Shown here piece by piece: positions 36,331 to 52,029 of a DNA stretch of 64,000 nt. How positions within the stretch are numbered: the stretch's first letter is position 1; every line of letters begins with the position of its first letter. The position numbers and the translations under genes are program-made. Source of the DNA: Macrostomum lignano (Eukaryota); NCBI GenBank assembly GCA_002269645.1, contig NIVC01001298.1, positions 1-64,000 of the forward strand. The letters are read 5' to 3'. The notes beneath the pieces were generated by a model. That model saw only the letters and a list, made by a program, of their open reading frames with translations. It was not told the DNA's origin and ran no database searches.

Positions 36331-36711
36331 AGACAAAAACTATTTTACATATCGAATCAATTTTTGTTAGTTTCAATCGCATTGTGATTCACATTGATTG
36401 CTCAAATAATTTCACTGGGTTTTTAAAAAACTTTTGTCGAACTCGAACCCTAAAACTGCAGTCCATCATGCCACACGATTTGATAAAGCCACAAGCATTA
36501 ACCATTCCTTAGGAGCGTATCTTCCTGCACGTTCGTTAGTCCAGCCAAAGATACATGTAATGACAGCAAGACCAAACAAAATTAGATTAGTATTGTGCAG
36601 ATCACACACTAATGCGCGTTGAAAAACCGTCAGGTTCTCTCATGTGCTCAGCCACTGGCCGAGTGTGCGATGCTGTGCATGAGTACTGAGTATATGAGTA
36701 TATACACATGC

Positions 36712-39545
<2,834 letters not shown>

Positions 39546-40011
39546 TGCAATAGCAACAGTCTCAAACTCTACACTTACATGGCACTGCCGTAGACTTGAG
39601 ATTGAAAAATTTTTTGTCCAAGAGCAGGAGAAGAACAGACGGAGTGAATTTCACGGCAAGCCCAAGTGATTGAGAGAATGAGTGAGAGAAGCTTTATACT
39701 CATTTCTGGGAGAGAAAATGTTTCACTGGCCGCATTTCAGTGACCAATGACCACAAAGAGCCCAGCCAAGTTTCTATATGTCCTGCCGCTTCAAGTAGTA
39801 TGAATGGCTACTTCAGTAGGCGAATATTTCAAAAGAATCCAGTCAGGTTTACGAGAAAGCGTTGGGTGCAAGTGCTCTGCTACCGGACATTTAAGCCAAC
39901 GGCAAATATCTACTTCAGATATTTCATTTCGGATTTAACTAAAAAAGTTCCTTTAGTCAATCAATCATTAGGGCCGTACTTAACTTTAATTTTAGTGTGA
40001 TATAACTTTCC

Positions 40012-40300
40012 AGTTCACTCACTCACAGATTCACTGCCCCATTCACTCACTCACAGATTCACTGCCCCATTCACTCACTCACAGATTCACTGCCCTATTC
40101 ACTTACTTACAGATTCACTGCCTTATTCACTGACTCACAGATTCACTGTCCCATTCACTGACTCACAGATTCACTGCCCCATTCACTCACTTACAGATTC
40201 ACTGCCTTATACACTGACTCACAGATTCACTGTCCCATTCACTGACTCACAGTTTTACTGTCCCATTCACTCACTCACAGATTCACAGCCCCATTCACTC
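40012..40300. repeat. 28-bp minisatellite ACTCACAGATTCACTGCCCCATTCACTC
   Basis: About 10 units. Confidence 0.92.
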
Positions 40301-41148
40301 ACTCTTCTTCACATAGATACTTCGAGCTTCATTTCATTCCATATCATCTAGCTAGGTTCCACTAAATTTATTACATTCCAAGATGTATAGCACAAATGCG
40401 CATGTTTAACGCACATGTAAGCAAGACGAGGCGAAAACACTATTTGTAATTTGCAGGCAAGTTTTTTGTTTCATCGGGTACTAAATATAACAAAGTATTT
40501 TAGCATTCTAGACAGGGATCCTCATGCGTTCATCTCATTCCTTCAGGCCCCTCTAATTAAACACCGAAAATTAGAATTTTCCAACTGTCAAATTCAAAAC
40601 GTAGCTCGCGCAGTCAGTTTTACTTAATTTGAATTCGCGCTTTGGGCGAAGAACTTTCTGCAGTTTTTTATGTTAACTTTTTTAAATAAGATCGTCTCTG
40701 ATCTTCGCTCTTATCTGAGTGATTCCAAATTGGATTGGAGATTTTAAGAATTTTTCTTTTAGAAAACTACAACACAGAAAGTGTCAGCAATAAATTCCGG
40801 TGTCGATGTGCTAAGCACATACTCTTAGTAGAATTATTTGTACATGGATTCGCTTAATCAAAACCTAGCGTAGAATTATTTAAAAATAATTAAAAGCTAA
40901 AGCAGATCTTAAAGTCATGGTAAAATAGGCTGGTTACTTTTGTTACTAGTGAATTTAATGTGCTGAAAGATGTAAAGATACCCAAGCTACATGTAAGTCT
41001 ACATGCCTGACGCGGACGGTTCGAATGTACATTTTCGCACCATGAATCTGAAAAATAAATAAATTTGTCGTATATCATAACAGATGGCTAGTTTTTGTTT
41101 CGAATACACATAGTTTGATGAAAAAATCCTTAATTTGAGCTAAGAGAT

Positions 41149-41407
41149 GGGGTATCGGTAATTCACGGCCCGGCCCGGTCCGGGCGGCCCCATTTAGCCA
41201 ATGTAAATATATTTTAGTAAATAAGTAAAACAAAAAATACTGACCAGAATGCTGCATATTTTTAGAGTCAATTGTGAGTTTACTACGTTGTAAAATATTG
41301 ATTGTCAATTTAATGAACTTCTGCTGCTCTATTTTATAAATTAAGTTAAAAACTAAAGTAACAATCGCCGCGGCGGGCCGGGCCGAGACGGGAAATACCC
41401 ACACCCC
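41149..41407. mobile_element. Putative MITE with imperfect GC-rich terminal inverted repeats
   Basis: The left end GGGGTATCGGTAATTCACGGCCCGGCCCG aligns with the reverse complement of the right end (GGGGTGTGGGTATTTCCCGTCTCGGCCCGGCCCG). The interior is AT-rich; no clear TSD. Confidence 0.45.
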
Positions 41408-42351
41408 TAAGGGGAGATCCGTGCACTAAAGTAAAATAAAACAAAAATAACACAAATTAAAAGGGTTCGATTTTTTAAACTGGGCTAATAAAGACTTCAG
41501 AGAAAAAAGTTTATACAGTTATTCATACTGGTATATTTCAATGTTTATCACTGTGTCAAAAACTTATTCTTAAAAAATAATGTACAGTTTTAAATAATAT
41601 TGTGTGTACAGTGTACATCAGTGAATTAACGCGTGAACAGACTTTTTCGCGACAAAAATGTTAATGAAATTTAAATTCATTTAGAACTTTCATTGTAACA
41701 ACCAAGTCCCAATCCGTTATTTGTTAAATATATTTTTAACGACAGAGCAGCTTATTGAAATCGATCAATAGTGGGTTTTAAAACCCGGAAATTTAAACTT
41801 TTCTTTCTATATCTTTTATGTGGTAATTTATTTAATTGTAAAAATTAACAATTGAGACTAATGTAACCCTTTAGACTAACGGCTTCAATGCTTCATTGTT
41901 TACGGTACGGGGCTAGGGTGAATTAAATATACGTTTGTATAGAATAACAAGACTAGGAAGAAATATTAAACACAACAATAAAAATATCGCCATTAAGATA
42001 CTATAACACATTTTTTAAAATATTGTAGAATGTTTAAAATATGTTGCATGGACAAAAAACTGGGAAATTAAAATCTACAAGCGGCGCGCAACTTAACGGA
42101 CACGAATCACGATTCAATTCAATTGTGGCAGCAGGGGTCGAGTTTTTTCAGTGGAACTAATATTAAGAATGGCTTTACATTGTCAAAAATTAAACAAACC
42201 TTAATAGTCTTAATTTTTTATTTGCTAATTATGACAGTAAAGTGCAACAATAATCTGTGAGACTCATTTTTTTGCCTGCTAAAGATTTATCTCTTTTAAT
42301 TTACATGTACGCTACCAACAATTTGTAAGAAAAAAGTAGTTTTAAGGCTTC

Positions 42352-42624
42352 TCAGACTCTGCCCTCTCTCAGCATGCCAAGCCGCTCCCACCGGTAGTCA
42401 GCGCTGTCCAAATCTTCGCTGTGATTCAAGCCCTGCCTCTCTGGACCAACTTGACCACTCGGCGGTAGGCGGTGCTGCTGAACAGGCGGATGGTGATGCA
42501 GCAGGTAGGGACTGTTGTCAGCACTGTGGGAGCTTCTGGCGTAATTGTTCATGGCCAGATATTGTCCTGCTTCGTGGTCCCGAAGCTCGTCGGCTGGCTC
42601 GTCGTCGTTTGGCACCTCGACGAA

Positions 42625-42669
<45 letters not shown>

Positions 42670-43047
42670 TCGTTGCTTCTTTCGCTGCCTCCGGTTGGAG
42701 TTTTGCTGCTGCTGCTTGTCAGACGCGGCAGCCGATCGGTTTGTGACAACCTGCACAGACCGAGGCGCCATCTCGCGGCTGTAACTCTTTACAAACGATT
42801 CGTCCTTGACAGACCAGCAGCAGTTGATACCGCCGACGCCGCGTTTCTTGCCGCCGAGAAGTCCGTCGGACATGTCCTCGTCTATCAGCAGCTCCCGCCT
42901 CCGACGGTCCATTTCAACCGCCATTCGAGCCAGGAAGTCTGGAAAATTGTCCTCCTCAGCGCCTGGTTGCGCCTTGGTCTGCAGTTTGGGCAGCTGGAAG
43001 TCGTGCGGGAACATCAGCTCGTCCGCAGACGCCGACCGGCGCGAGAT
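42352..43047 (-). CDS. BEST: Bestrophin exon 6 (C-terminal tail with poly-Gln)
   Basis: Acceptor GACCCAG| at 43048, in frame with ORF 42352..43014; follows ...DYNLE. Confidence 0.75.
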
Positions 43048-43069
43048 CTGGGTCGACAGGTACAGGTTA

Positions 43070-44455
43070 CGTGAGATTCGGGAGCTTGATTTACGAGATT
43101 CAGGAGCTTCATATTTGAGATTGAGCAGCTTGATCTGTGAGATTCAGGAGTTTGATCTGTGAGATTCAGCAGCTTGATCTGTGAGATTCAGCAGCTTGAT
43201 CTGTGAGATTCAGCAACTTGATCTGTGAGATTCAGCAGCTTGATCTGTGAGATTCAGCAACTTGATCTGTGAGATTCAGCAGCTTGATCTGTGAGATTCA
43301 GGAGTTTGATCTGTGAGATTCAGCAGCTTGATCTGTGAGATTCAGGAGTTTGATCTGTGAGATTCAGGAGTTTGATCTGTGAGATTCAGGAGTTTGATCT
43401 GTGAGATTCAGGAGCTTGATCTGTGAGATTCAGCAGCTTAATCTGTGAGATTCAGCAGCTTGATCTGTGAGATTCAGCAGCTTGATCTGATAGATTCAGG
43501 AGTTTGATCTGTGAGATTCAGCAGCTTGATCTGTGAGATTCAGGAGTTTGATCTGTGAGATTCAGGAGCTTGATCTGTGAGATTCAGCAGCTTGATCTGT
43601 GAGATTCAGCAGCTTGATCTGTGAGATTCAGCAACTTGATCTGTGAGATTCAGGAGTTTGATCTGTGAGATTCAGCAGCTTGATCTGTGAGATTCAGCAG
43701 CTTGATCTGTGAGATTCAGCAACTTGATCTGTGAGATTCAGCAACTTGATCTGTGAGATTCAGGAGTTTGATCTGTGAGATTCAGGAGTTTGATCTGTGA
43801 GATTCAGGAGTTTGATCTGTGAGATTCAGGAGTTTGATCTGTGAGATTCAGCAACTTGATCTGTGAGATTCAGGAGTTTGATCTGTGAGATTCAGGAGTT
43901 TGATCTGTGAGATTCAGCAACTTGATCTGTGAGATTCAGGAGCTTGATCTGTGAGATTCAGGAGCTTGATATGTGAGATTCAGGAGCTTGATATTTGAGA
44001 TTCAGGAGCTTGATCTGTGAGATTTAGGGGTTTGATCTGTGAGATTCAGGAGTTTGATATGTGAGATTCAGGAGCTTGATATGTGAGATTCAGGAGCTTG
44101 ATCTGTGAGATTCAGCAGCTTGATCTGTGAGATTCAGGAGTTTGATTCTTAAGATTCAGGAGCTTGATATGTGAGATTCAGGAGTTTGATTCTTGAGATT
44201 CAGCAGCTTGATCTGTGAGATTTAGGGGTTTGATCTGTGAGATTCAGGAGTTTGATATGTGAGATTCAGGAGCTTGATCTGTGAGATTCAGGAGCTTGAT
44301 CTGTGAGATTCAGCAGCTTGATCTGATAGATTCAGGAGTTTGATTCTTGAGATTCAGCAACTTGATCTGTGAGATTCAGGAGCTTGATCTGTGAGATTCA
44401 GGAGTTTGATATGTGAGATTCAGGAGTTTGATATGTGAGATTCAGGAGCTCTATC
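43070..44455. repeat. 22-bp intronic minisatellite GATCTGTGAGATTCAGCAGCTT
   Basis: About 63 units in bestrophin intron 5. Confidence 0.95.
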
Positions 44456-44700
44456 TGTTCCAAGGGAACTGGAACTGTTTGAAAAGTACTCGAAATAATT
44501 ATATTAATAATTATGAACTCATACACCCACAACTGAGACCCAAAAATAGTTCAGAGTTCGTTAGGATCTTAATCAATGGACAAACAGGCTAATGAACTCA
44601 GTAAATTGGGGCACAGGCATCTCGTTAATGAAGCAGATTTTCTCGGTACAACTCAAGCTAGCAATACGATTAGAAAGGCAAAGGCAATTCAATGAATGAC

Positions 44701-44970
44701 CTCCAAGTTGTAGTCCAGAATCTCCGAAGTCTGGAAGTCCTCATCGTCATCGCCGAAGGGGTTCATGACGCACATGGCTACCTTGAGCCAGCCCATCAGG
44801 AACAGGAACTGGAAAATAGTGAATACGGGCACGAAGAAGTCAATGCCAACATCCTGGTTGGTGCAGCAGCAGCTGTTGTTGTTGGTGCTCGAGTCTTCAG
44901 CTGAGGGTCTGATGAACTGGGCTGAGAACAGCTGGAGCAGGAAGTAGGAGTACACTGCGATGATCACCAC
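44701..44970 (-). CDS. BEST: Bestrophin exon 5 (TM3-TM4, Ca2+-clasp)
   Basis: VPVFTIFQFLFLMGWLKVA..MNPFGDDDEDF. Acceptor TTCCAG| at 44971, donor GAG|GTCATT at 44700. Confidence 0.9.
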
Positions 44971-45048
44971 CTGGAATTGGTTAGACAGGTGTTAGATAAG
45001 TTAGACACAGGTACAGCTGCATAAGAAGAGATTCTGGTATTGGAGTAC

Positions 45049-45123
45049 CTGAGTGTAGACCAGAGGTATCATGACGTCATTGTAGATGACCAGCGTGTGC
45101 ATCTGGTGGCGCACTTTGTCCAT
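45049..45123 (-). CDS. BEST: Bestrophin exon 4
   Basis: MDKVRHQMHTLVIYNDVMIPLVYTQ contains the family IPLVYTQ motif; CAG| acceptor and |GTACTC donor, 75 nt. Confidence 0.88.
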
Positions 45124-45669
45124 CTGAATGGAACAATTATAACAAATAATTATTGAATGAAACTGCTTTAGACGGAGAGCCAATTAAAAGTGGAAAAAAG
45201 CTGAGCACATTTGATTGGCAGCTGGCTTTCATGCCAAACCGGGCAACCCATTGTTTCAGCTTTCATTTTTTGCATGTCTCTCGCAGTCAGACTTTTTTGG
45301 CTTCATATGAACTGCCCACACGGTAGCTGCCGTTTATAAATAGCAAAGTGATTAAAAGTAATCGAAGAATGAGACGCTAATTTGGCCAATTACCCCCCCC
45401 CCCTATAACCCCCCGCTTATATAGATTTAAAAAAACTAATCTTTTTTGACAGAAACTTTCGGGGCCTCTCTTGGATCGATGAACAACAAGAGAAAGACAC
45501 AACTTTTTTTATTGAGTCAGTAAAAGAGTAGCAGGGGCCGCAGCCAATGGAGGCAGTACCTCAAGCTGCAGAAATTTTTTTTAATTATTCTCATTCAATT
45601 TTCCTTGAGAACTCAGATACTCAGCTTTTAGCTTTTCAAAATAATGATTGAATGAGAGTGAACTAGCCA

Positions 45670-46163
45670 GCCAATTAGCATCAAGCAGTCATGCATCAGC
45701 CAGCCAATCAGAATCAAGCAACCATCTACAGGCAGCCAATCAGAATCAAGCAACCATCTACAGGCAGCCAATCAGAATCAAGCAATCATCTACAGGCAGC
45801 CAATCAGAATCAAGCAACCATCTACAGGCAGCCAATCAGGATCAAGCAATCATCTACAGACAACCAATCAGAATCAAGCAATCATCTACAGGCAGCCAAT
45901 CAGAATCAAGCAATCATCTACAGGCAGCCAATCAGGATCAAGCAATCATCTACAGACAGCCAATCAGAATCAAGCAATCATCTACAGGCAGCCAATCAGA
46001 ATCAAGCAATCATCTACAGGCAGCCAATCAGGATCAAGCAATCATCTACAGACAGCCAATCAGGATCAAGCAATCATCTACAGGCAGCCAATCAGGATCA
46101 AGCAACCATCTACAGGCAGCCAATCAGAATCAAGCAACCATCTACAGGCAGCCAATCAGAATC
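45670..46163. repeat. 32-bp intronic minisatellite CAGGCAGCCAATCAGAATCAAGCAACCATCTA (CCAAT-box array)
   Basis: CCAATCAG every 32 bp from 45704 to 46152. Confidence 0.95.
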
Positions 46164-46167
46164 CCAC

Positions 46168-46401
46168 CTCTTCCAGCAGGTACATCATGCTCCTGGGATC
46201 TGGGATGTAGCCGTGCAGAAAGGCCTTTTTAATCAGGCGCGACGCCCACAGCAGGGGCACCCAGTACTCGCACTCGTACTCCTTCTTGTACGTGGCCTCA
46301 AATTGGTTTGCGACGCGTTCGAATGCGCTGATTTCCGATTGCGTAATGATCTTGGTGAAGTTCAGGTGCACCACAGGGTCGGAGTTCAGGTTGGTCAGGA
46401 C
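46168..46401 (-). CDS. BEST: Bestrophin exon 3
   Basis: YWVPLLWASRLIKKA (cf. bestrophin W.P..Wa..L...A). Acceptor CTCAG| at 46402, donor GAG|GTGGGA at 46167, 78 codons. Confidence 0.85.
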
Positions 46402-46559
46402 CTGAGGTTGCGGTTGTAAATGTTTTTAGGATTCTTCACCGAAATTAAAGGACTTGCTAATAGCTTAGAATAGATTTCTTAGATCAGATGAGATTAGTGA
46501 TACAGAATATACAGTAAGTTAAAATGAAATAATAACACATTAGTTATTGCTTTTTTGGA

Positions 46560-47145
46560 TGAGATTAGATGAGAAATATGATGGGATAAGATGAGATGAC
46601 ATTAAAAGCGATTATACGCATATTAGATTCGCTTAGACGGAATAAGATAAGATAGGATGAGATAGGATAAGATGAAATTAGATGAGATGAAATAAAACGA
46701 GACGAGACGAAATAAGATGAGATGGAATGGAATGAGATGAGGTGAAATAAGATGAGATGAGATAATTAAAGACGGAATGGAAGAGGAGATAGAGATGAAG
46801 ATGAGACGAGATATGAGATGAAATGAGATGAGATGAGATGGAGATGCGATGCGATGAGATGAGATGGAGATGAAGATGAGACGAGATATGCGATGAAATG
46901 AGATGAGATGATATGAGATGAGGTGAGATGAGATGAGATGAGATGAGATGAGATGAGATGAGATGAAGATGAGACGAGATGAGATGAGATGGAGATGAGA
47001 TGAGATGAGATGAGATGGAGATGCAATGAGATGAGATGAGATGAGATGAGATGAGATGGAGATGAGATGAGATGAGATGAGATGGAGATGAGATGAGATG
47101 AGATGAGATGGAGATGCAATGAGATGAGATGAGATGAGTTGAGAA
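46560..47145. repeat. (GATGA)n pentanucleotide array
   Basis: Degenerate-to-pure pentamer repeat in bestrophin intron 2. Confidence 0.93.
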
Positions 47146-47350
47146 AATATAAAATGGAATGAGGTAAGTTAGGACGAAAGTTTTAAAAATTGAATGAGAG
47201 AATATGGGTCTAAATAGAGATTAATATACAGGCATTAGACATGACATGGAGATTAGATAAAAGCAATTAAAAAGAATCATTAAGATACACATCTGCACAG
47301 GCATAAAATTTAACAGAAAAGCAGCAGAAAAAGCCGAAATTCTGGCTCAC

Positions 47351-47517
47351 CTCTCTGATGCTTTTCTCCTTTCGATTTTTCAACCCCTCGGGTCGGAAGC
47401 GCTTGGCGATTTTGTCGGAAATCTTGCGCATGACGAGAATCCAGCCCAGGTTGAGGTAGCGCAGCAGAGACAGCCGGATCTGCCTGGCCACGTCCGGATC
47501 CGCTCCGGCCACGATTC
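47351..47517 (-). CDS. BEST: Bestrophin exon 2
   Basis: RLSLLRYLNLGWILVMRKISDKIAKRF. Acceptor ATCCAG| at 47518 in phase 1, donor GAG|GTGAGC at 47350. Confidence 0.88.
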
Positions 47518-47619
47518 CTGGATTGGCGCCGTTTTGAAATTCTAGGTGGGCGATTCTTAGAAAATATTAAAACCCGTAACTCCATTGCTGGCCGCTAGCG
47601 AGGTGAGTCACTCTGGCAA

Positions 47620-48138
47620 CTTAGCAACCAAGTGGCGTCGTTGACAGTGCCCTTAGCAACCAAGTGACGTCGTTGACAGTACCCTAGCAACCAAGTGGCG
47701 TCGTTGACAGTACCCTAGCAACCAAGTGACGTCTTTATCAGTACCCTAGCAACCAATGGGAGTCTTTAACAGTACCCTAGCAACCAAGGGGCATCTTTAG
47801 CAGTACCCTAGCAACCAAGGGGCGTCTTTAGCAGTACCCTAGCAACCAAGTGGGTGTCTGTAACAGTACCCCTAGCAACCAAGTGACGTCTGTAACAAGT
47901 ACCCTAGCAACCAAGCGGGTGTCTGTAACAGCACCCTAGCAACCAAGTGACGTCTGTAACAAGTACCCTAGCAACCAAGTGACGTCTGTAACAAGTACCC
48001 TAGCAACCAAGCAGGTGTCTGTAACAGTACCCTAGCAACCAAGCGACGTCTGTAACAAGTACCCTAGCAACCAAGTGGGCGTCCGTAACAGTACCCTAGC
48101 AACCAAGTGGCGTCTTTGACAGTACCCTTAGCAACCAC
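47620..48138. repeat. Approximately 31-bp minisatellite AGCAACCAAGTGACGTCTGTAACAGTACCCT
   Basis: About 16 divergent units ending at the SINE. Confidence 0.9.
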
Positions 48139-48142
48139 CAGT

Positions 48143-48424
48143 CTCAATTGGGCCAGATGTGCAACCGACAGCTCAGCCGCAGCTATTGCGCTAAAGGCTA
48201 CGTAAGGCTGTTCAGCTGTTCAGTCCAAGGACTGGGGGGTCGCCACAAACACCGCTGGTACCGCTGGGGGGTCGCTGGTACCCATTTTACAGCTGGGTGA
48301 ACTGAAGCAATGCAGAGTTGAGTTTCTTGCTCAAAGACACAAATTGTTCCAAGTTGGATCGAGAATCGAACTCCCGACCTTCCAGTCGCGAGTCCGACGC
48401 TCTGACCACTAGGCTACAACCCCC
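48143..48424 (-). mobile_element. tRNA-derived SINE with CORE-like central domain, copy 1
   Basis: Minus strand: A box TAGCCTAGTGG, B box GTTCGATTC, then TGTGTCTTTGAGCAAGAAACTCAACTCTGCATTGCTTCAGTTCACCCAGCTGTAAAATGGG. The 3' tail is shared with the two other copies. Confidence 0.8.
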
Positions 48425-49314
48425 AAAGAGTAACCTTAGGGCGTATTTTAGAGTACCTTAGCAACCCTGAAAGCAGCTTTATGAGTATCCTAGCAACCAA
48501 AATGACTCACACTCTGGCACAGTTTGCGTCTTTGACAGACAGTATCCAATAGCAATCAAAATAAAGCCTCAAAACTGCTGCTGCCAGAAGAAGACTTTAC
48601 ATTGTCAAGCCATCTGGCATTAGCCACAATAAAATGATTTCAGTCGTGATGAGAAGGCCGGCATTTTTCCTGCCAGCCATCAACATCGTGCCACTTAGAA
48701 ACGAGATTTTTTCAGCTGAGCCAGGAAACACATTGCCTGCCGCCCCAATATCTGTCACGTTTTTTAGGCGTCATACTCCAGAAAGAATGAGCTCAGACAA
48801 CACACGCACTCACACACACACTTCGCTGAGCGTGGAACTGTCAAAGTTGATTCGCTAGTTCTGCTGAGATAGGTACAAGTGCCAGAGTGAGTGGCATTTG
48901 GTGGCTTAAAGGGGATTCAGAGCGTGTTGTGTGGGAGTTCCGGGATGGAGGTGCCGGATTTTCACGCGGGCCCAGCCTGGCGTAACTGATGAAGCGTCGG
49001 GGGGGGGGCTGTCGCTGCCTGATAAGTCTAGGCCTGCCGGTCAACAAGCATTTTTTAAGGCAATTATTTTTTCGCCCGAGTGACCAGGAGTGACCAGTGC
49101 TTTCAGAGTATCCAAGTTAATTATTTTAATAAAGTATGGCAAATAGTAAGTGGGATATGGAGCTTTTATTTTTGGTAGAAAGAGTACGAACAAATTTTCT
49201 GGGAAATAATATCGATACTTAGTCCTGTTGTCATACCAGGTATTTTACTCTTAACTGTAGTTAAAATTTGATTATACTATGGTTTAGCTATATTCAGACA
49301 AAGCTAAAAATGTT

Positions 49315-50495
49315 TACAGACAGGCTAACATATTTACAGACAGGCTAACATATTTACAGACAGGGCTACAGATATTTACAGACAGGGCTACAGATATTTA
49401 CAGACAGGGCTACAGATATTCACAGACAGGGCTACAGATATTTACAGACAGGGCTACAGATATTTACAGACAAGGCTACAGATATTTACAGACAGGGCTA
49501 CAGATATTTACAGACAAGGCTACAGATATTTACAGACAGGGCTACAGATATTTACAGACAGGGCTACAGATATTTACAGACATAGCTACAGATATCTACA
49601 GACAGGGCTACAGATATTTACAGACAGGGCTACAGATATTCACAGACAGGGCTACAGGTATCTACAGACAGGGCTACAGATATTTACAGACATAGCTACA
49701 GATATCTACAGACAGGGCTACAGATATTTACAGACAGGGCTACAGATATTTACAGACATAGCTACAGATATCTACAGACAAGGCTACAGATATTTACAGA
49801 TATGGCAACAGATATTTACAGACATAGCTTCAAACATTTACAGACATAGCTACAGATATTTACAGACAGGGCTACAGATATTTACAGACAGGGCAACACA
49901 TATCTACAGACAGGGCTACAGATATTTACAGACATGGCTACAAATATTTACAGACAGGGTTACAGATATTTACAGACATGGCTACAGATATTTACAGACA
50001 GGGCTACAGAAATTTACAGACATGGCTACAGATATTTACAGACAGGGCTACAGATATTTACAGACATGGCTACAGATATTTACAGACAGGGCTACAGATA
50101 TTTACAGACAGGGCTACAGATATTTACAGACATAGCTACAGATATTTACAGACAGGGCTACAGATATTTACAGACAGGGCTACAGATATTTACAGACAGG
50201 GCTACAGATATTTACAGACATAGCTACAGATATTTACAGACAGGGCTACAGATATTTACAGACAGGGCTACAGATATTTACAGACAAAGCTACAGATATT
50301 TACAGACAAAGCTACAGATATTTACAGACAAAGCTACAGATATTTACAGACAAAGCTACAGATATTTACAGACATAGCTACAGATATTTACAGACAAAGC
50401 TACAGATATTTACAGACATAGCTACAGATATTTACAGACAGGGCTACAGATATTTACAGACAGGGCTACAGATATTTACAGACAGGGCTACAGAT
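49315..50495. repeat. 22-bp minisatellite ACAGACAGGGCTACAGATATTT
   Basis: About 53 units. Confidence 0.95.
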
Positions 50496-51182
50496 AGCTG
50501 TAAATTTAGGCTACGCAGACTATTTTTCAGACCATCTTATAAGTTGTAGATGTTTACAGACTTCACCATTAAGTAGGAAAATATTTGATATCCTCAAAGC
50601 TAAGGTTGTTACGTTTGTGGTCAAAATATTTGTAATTAAACATTTCTCTAGTTTTTTTGTTTAAACGAAGCCCCTGCTAGTTCAGTCAGGTCACTGATTA
50701 CCCTAAAGTCTTCGGGTGGTTAATCAGCACGAACAAAATTTTTGTATATCAATTACCTACAAGATTATCGGTTCAGTCAATGGATTAACTTCGTTAGTTT
50801 TTGATACGCAGGCTAGTTATTGATATTTATCATGAGTTTCTAAACTTGAATGCAATGGATCAGGCTACTGACGTCCCCGATGACCTGACTAACTTTGAAG
50901 CAGTTCCACAAAAAATGGTACTGATCATTAGCCATTTGAGCGCAAGCAAAATATCATATGTCAGGATAGCACTGCGCCACATTGGCATTCGGGTCACACG
51001 GGTTGACTAATCCAGGTATTAATTATTTATCTTCTGGTTATCTAATTCATCTCTATTCGCGATCCTCGCCTTGAAAAGTGGGAGTTCGTAGGCCACTTCT
51101 TAATCTTAGATGAGTGAGATTAACTTAGCGCGTGACAGAGTGGAACTTTATTAACTTAATTGGGCTACTGATCAGTAAGTAA

Positions 51183-51499
51183 GTCAGTCAGTCAGTCAGT
51201 CAGCCAGTCAGTCAGTCAGTCAGTCAGTCAGTCAGTCAGTCAGTCAGTCAGTCAGTCAGTCAGTCAGTCAGTCAGTCAGTCAGTCAGTCAGTCAGTCAGC
51301 CAGTCAGTCAGTCAGTCAGTCAGTCAGTCAGTCAGTCAGTCAGTCAGTCAGTCAGTCAGTCAGTCAGTCAGTCAGTCAGTCAGTCAGTCAGTCAGTCAGT
51401 CAGTCAGTCAGTCAGTCAGTCAGTCAGTCAGTCAGTCAGTCAGTCAGTCAGTCAGTCAGTCAGTCAGTCAGTCTGTCTGTCTGTCTGTCTGTCTGTCTT

Positions 51500-51578
<79 letters not shown>

Positions 51579-51620
51579 CAGTCAGTCAGTCAGTCAGTCA
51601 GTCAGTCAGTCAGTCAGTCT
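51183..51620. repeat. Compound microsatellite (CAGT)n-(CTGT)n-(CAGT)n
   Basis: Seen directly. Confidence 0.97.
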
Positions 51621-52029
51621 GTCAGTCGGTGTCAGACCAGAAGGAGAAGAACAATGCCACAAAAATAATCTTGCACTTGCACTAATTGGTAACCGGAACC
51701 CGCAGGTCGTCTCAGCTTTCACCGCAGGATATATTAAGCAACAAAAAAACAACAATGTGGCAACTGATTCGCACTTTTCTATTTTTGGAGCTCTCCTAAA
51801 TGGCCAAAATTAGAATTGTGTGTTGGTGGCACTGTGGGGTACAGACTGCCAAAATGCTTGAATAAAACTTAAGTCATCGTCCGATTCATTAATTATTTGA
51901 AGAATTCAGGTTTATTTCCAACTAAGCTTAAAATAGTTTAAAGTACTAGATTGAAAAAAACTTTGTTTTGTTATAAATAGAATCTTTTTAAAAACTAAAA
52001 TCGATTAGAATAGTAGGCCATTTTCGTCA

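Noticed and set aside
42472-43074. 200-aa + strand ORF with poly-Leu (similar cases at 11723 and 21549)
   Set aside because: Antisense shadow of poly-Gln-containing exons.
48340-48424. tRNA gene-like sequence (also at 56328 and 56884)
   Set aside because: A and B boxes are present, but there is no acceptor-stem closure or terminator, and the sequence continues into a shared SINE body.
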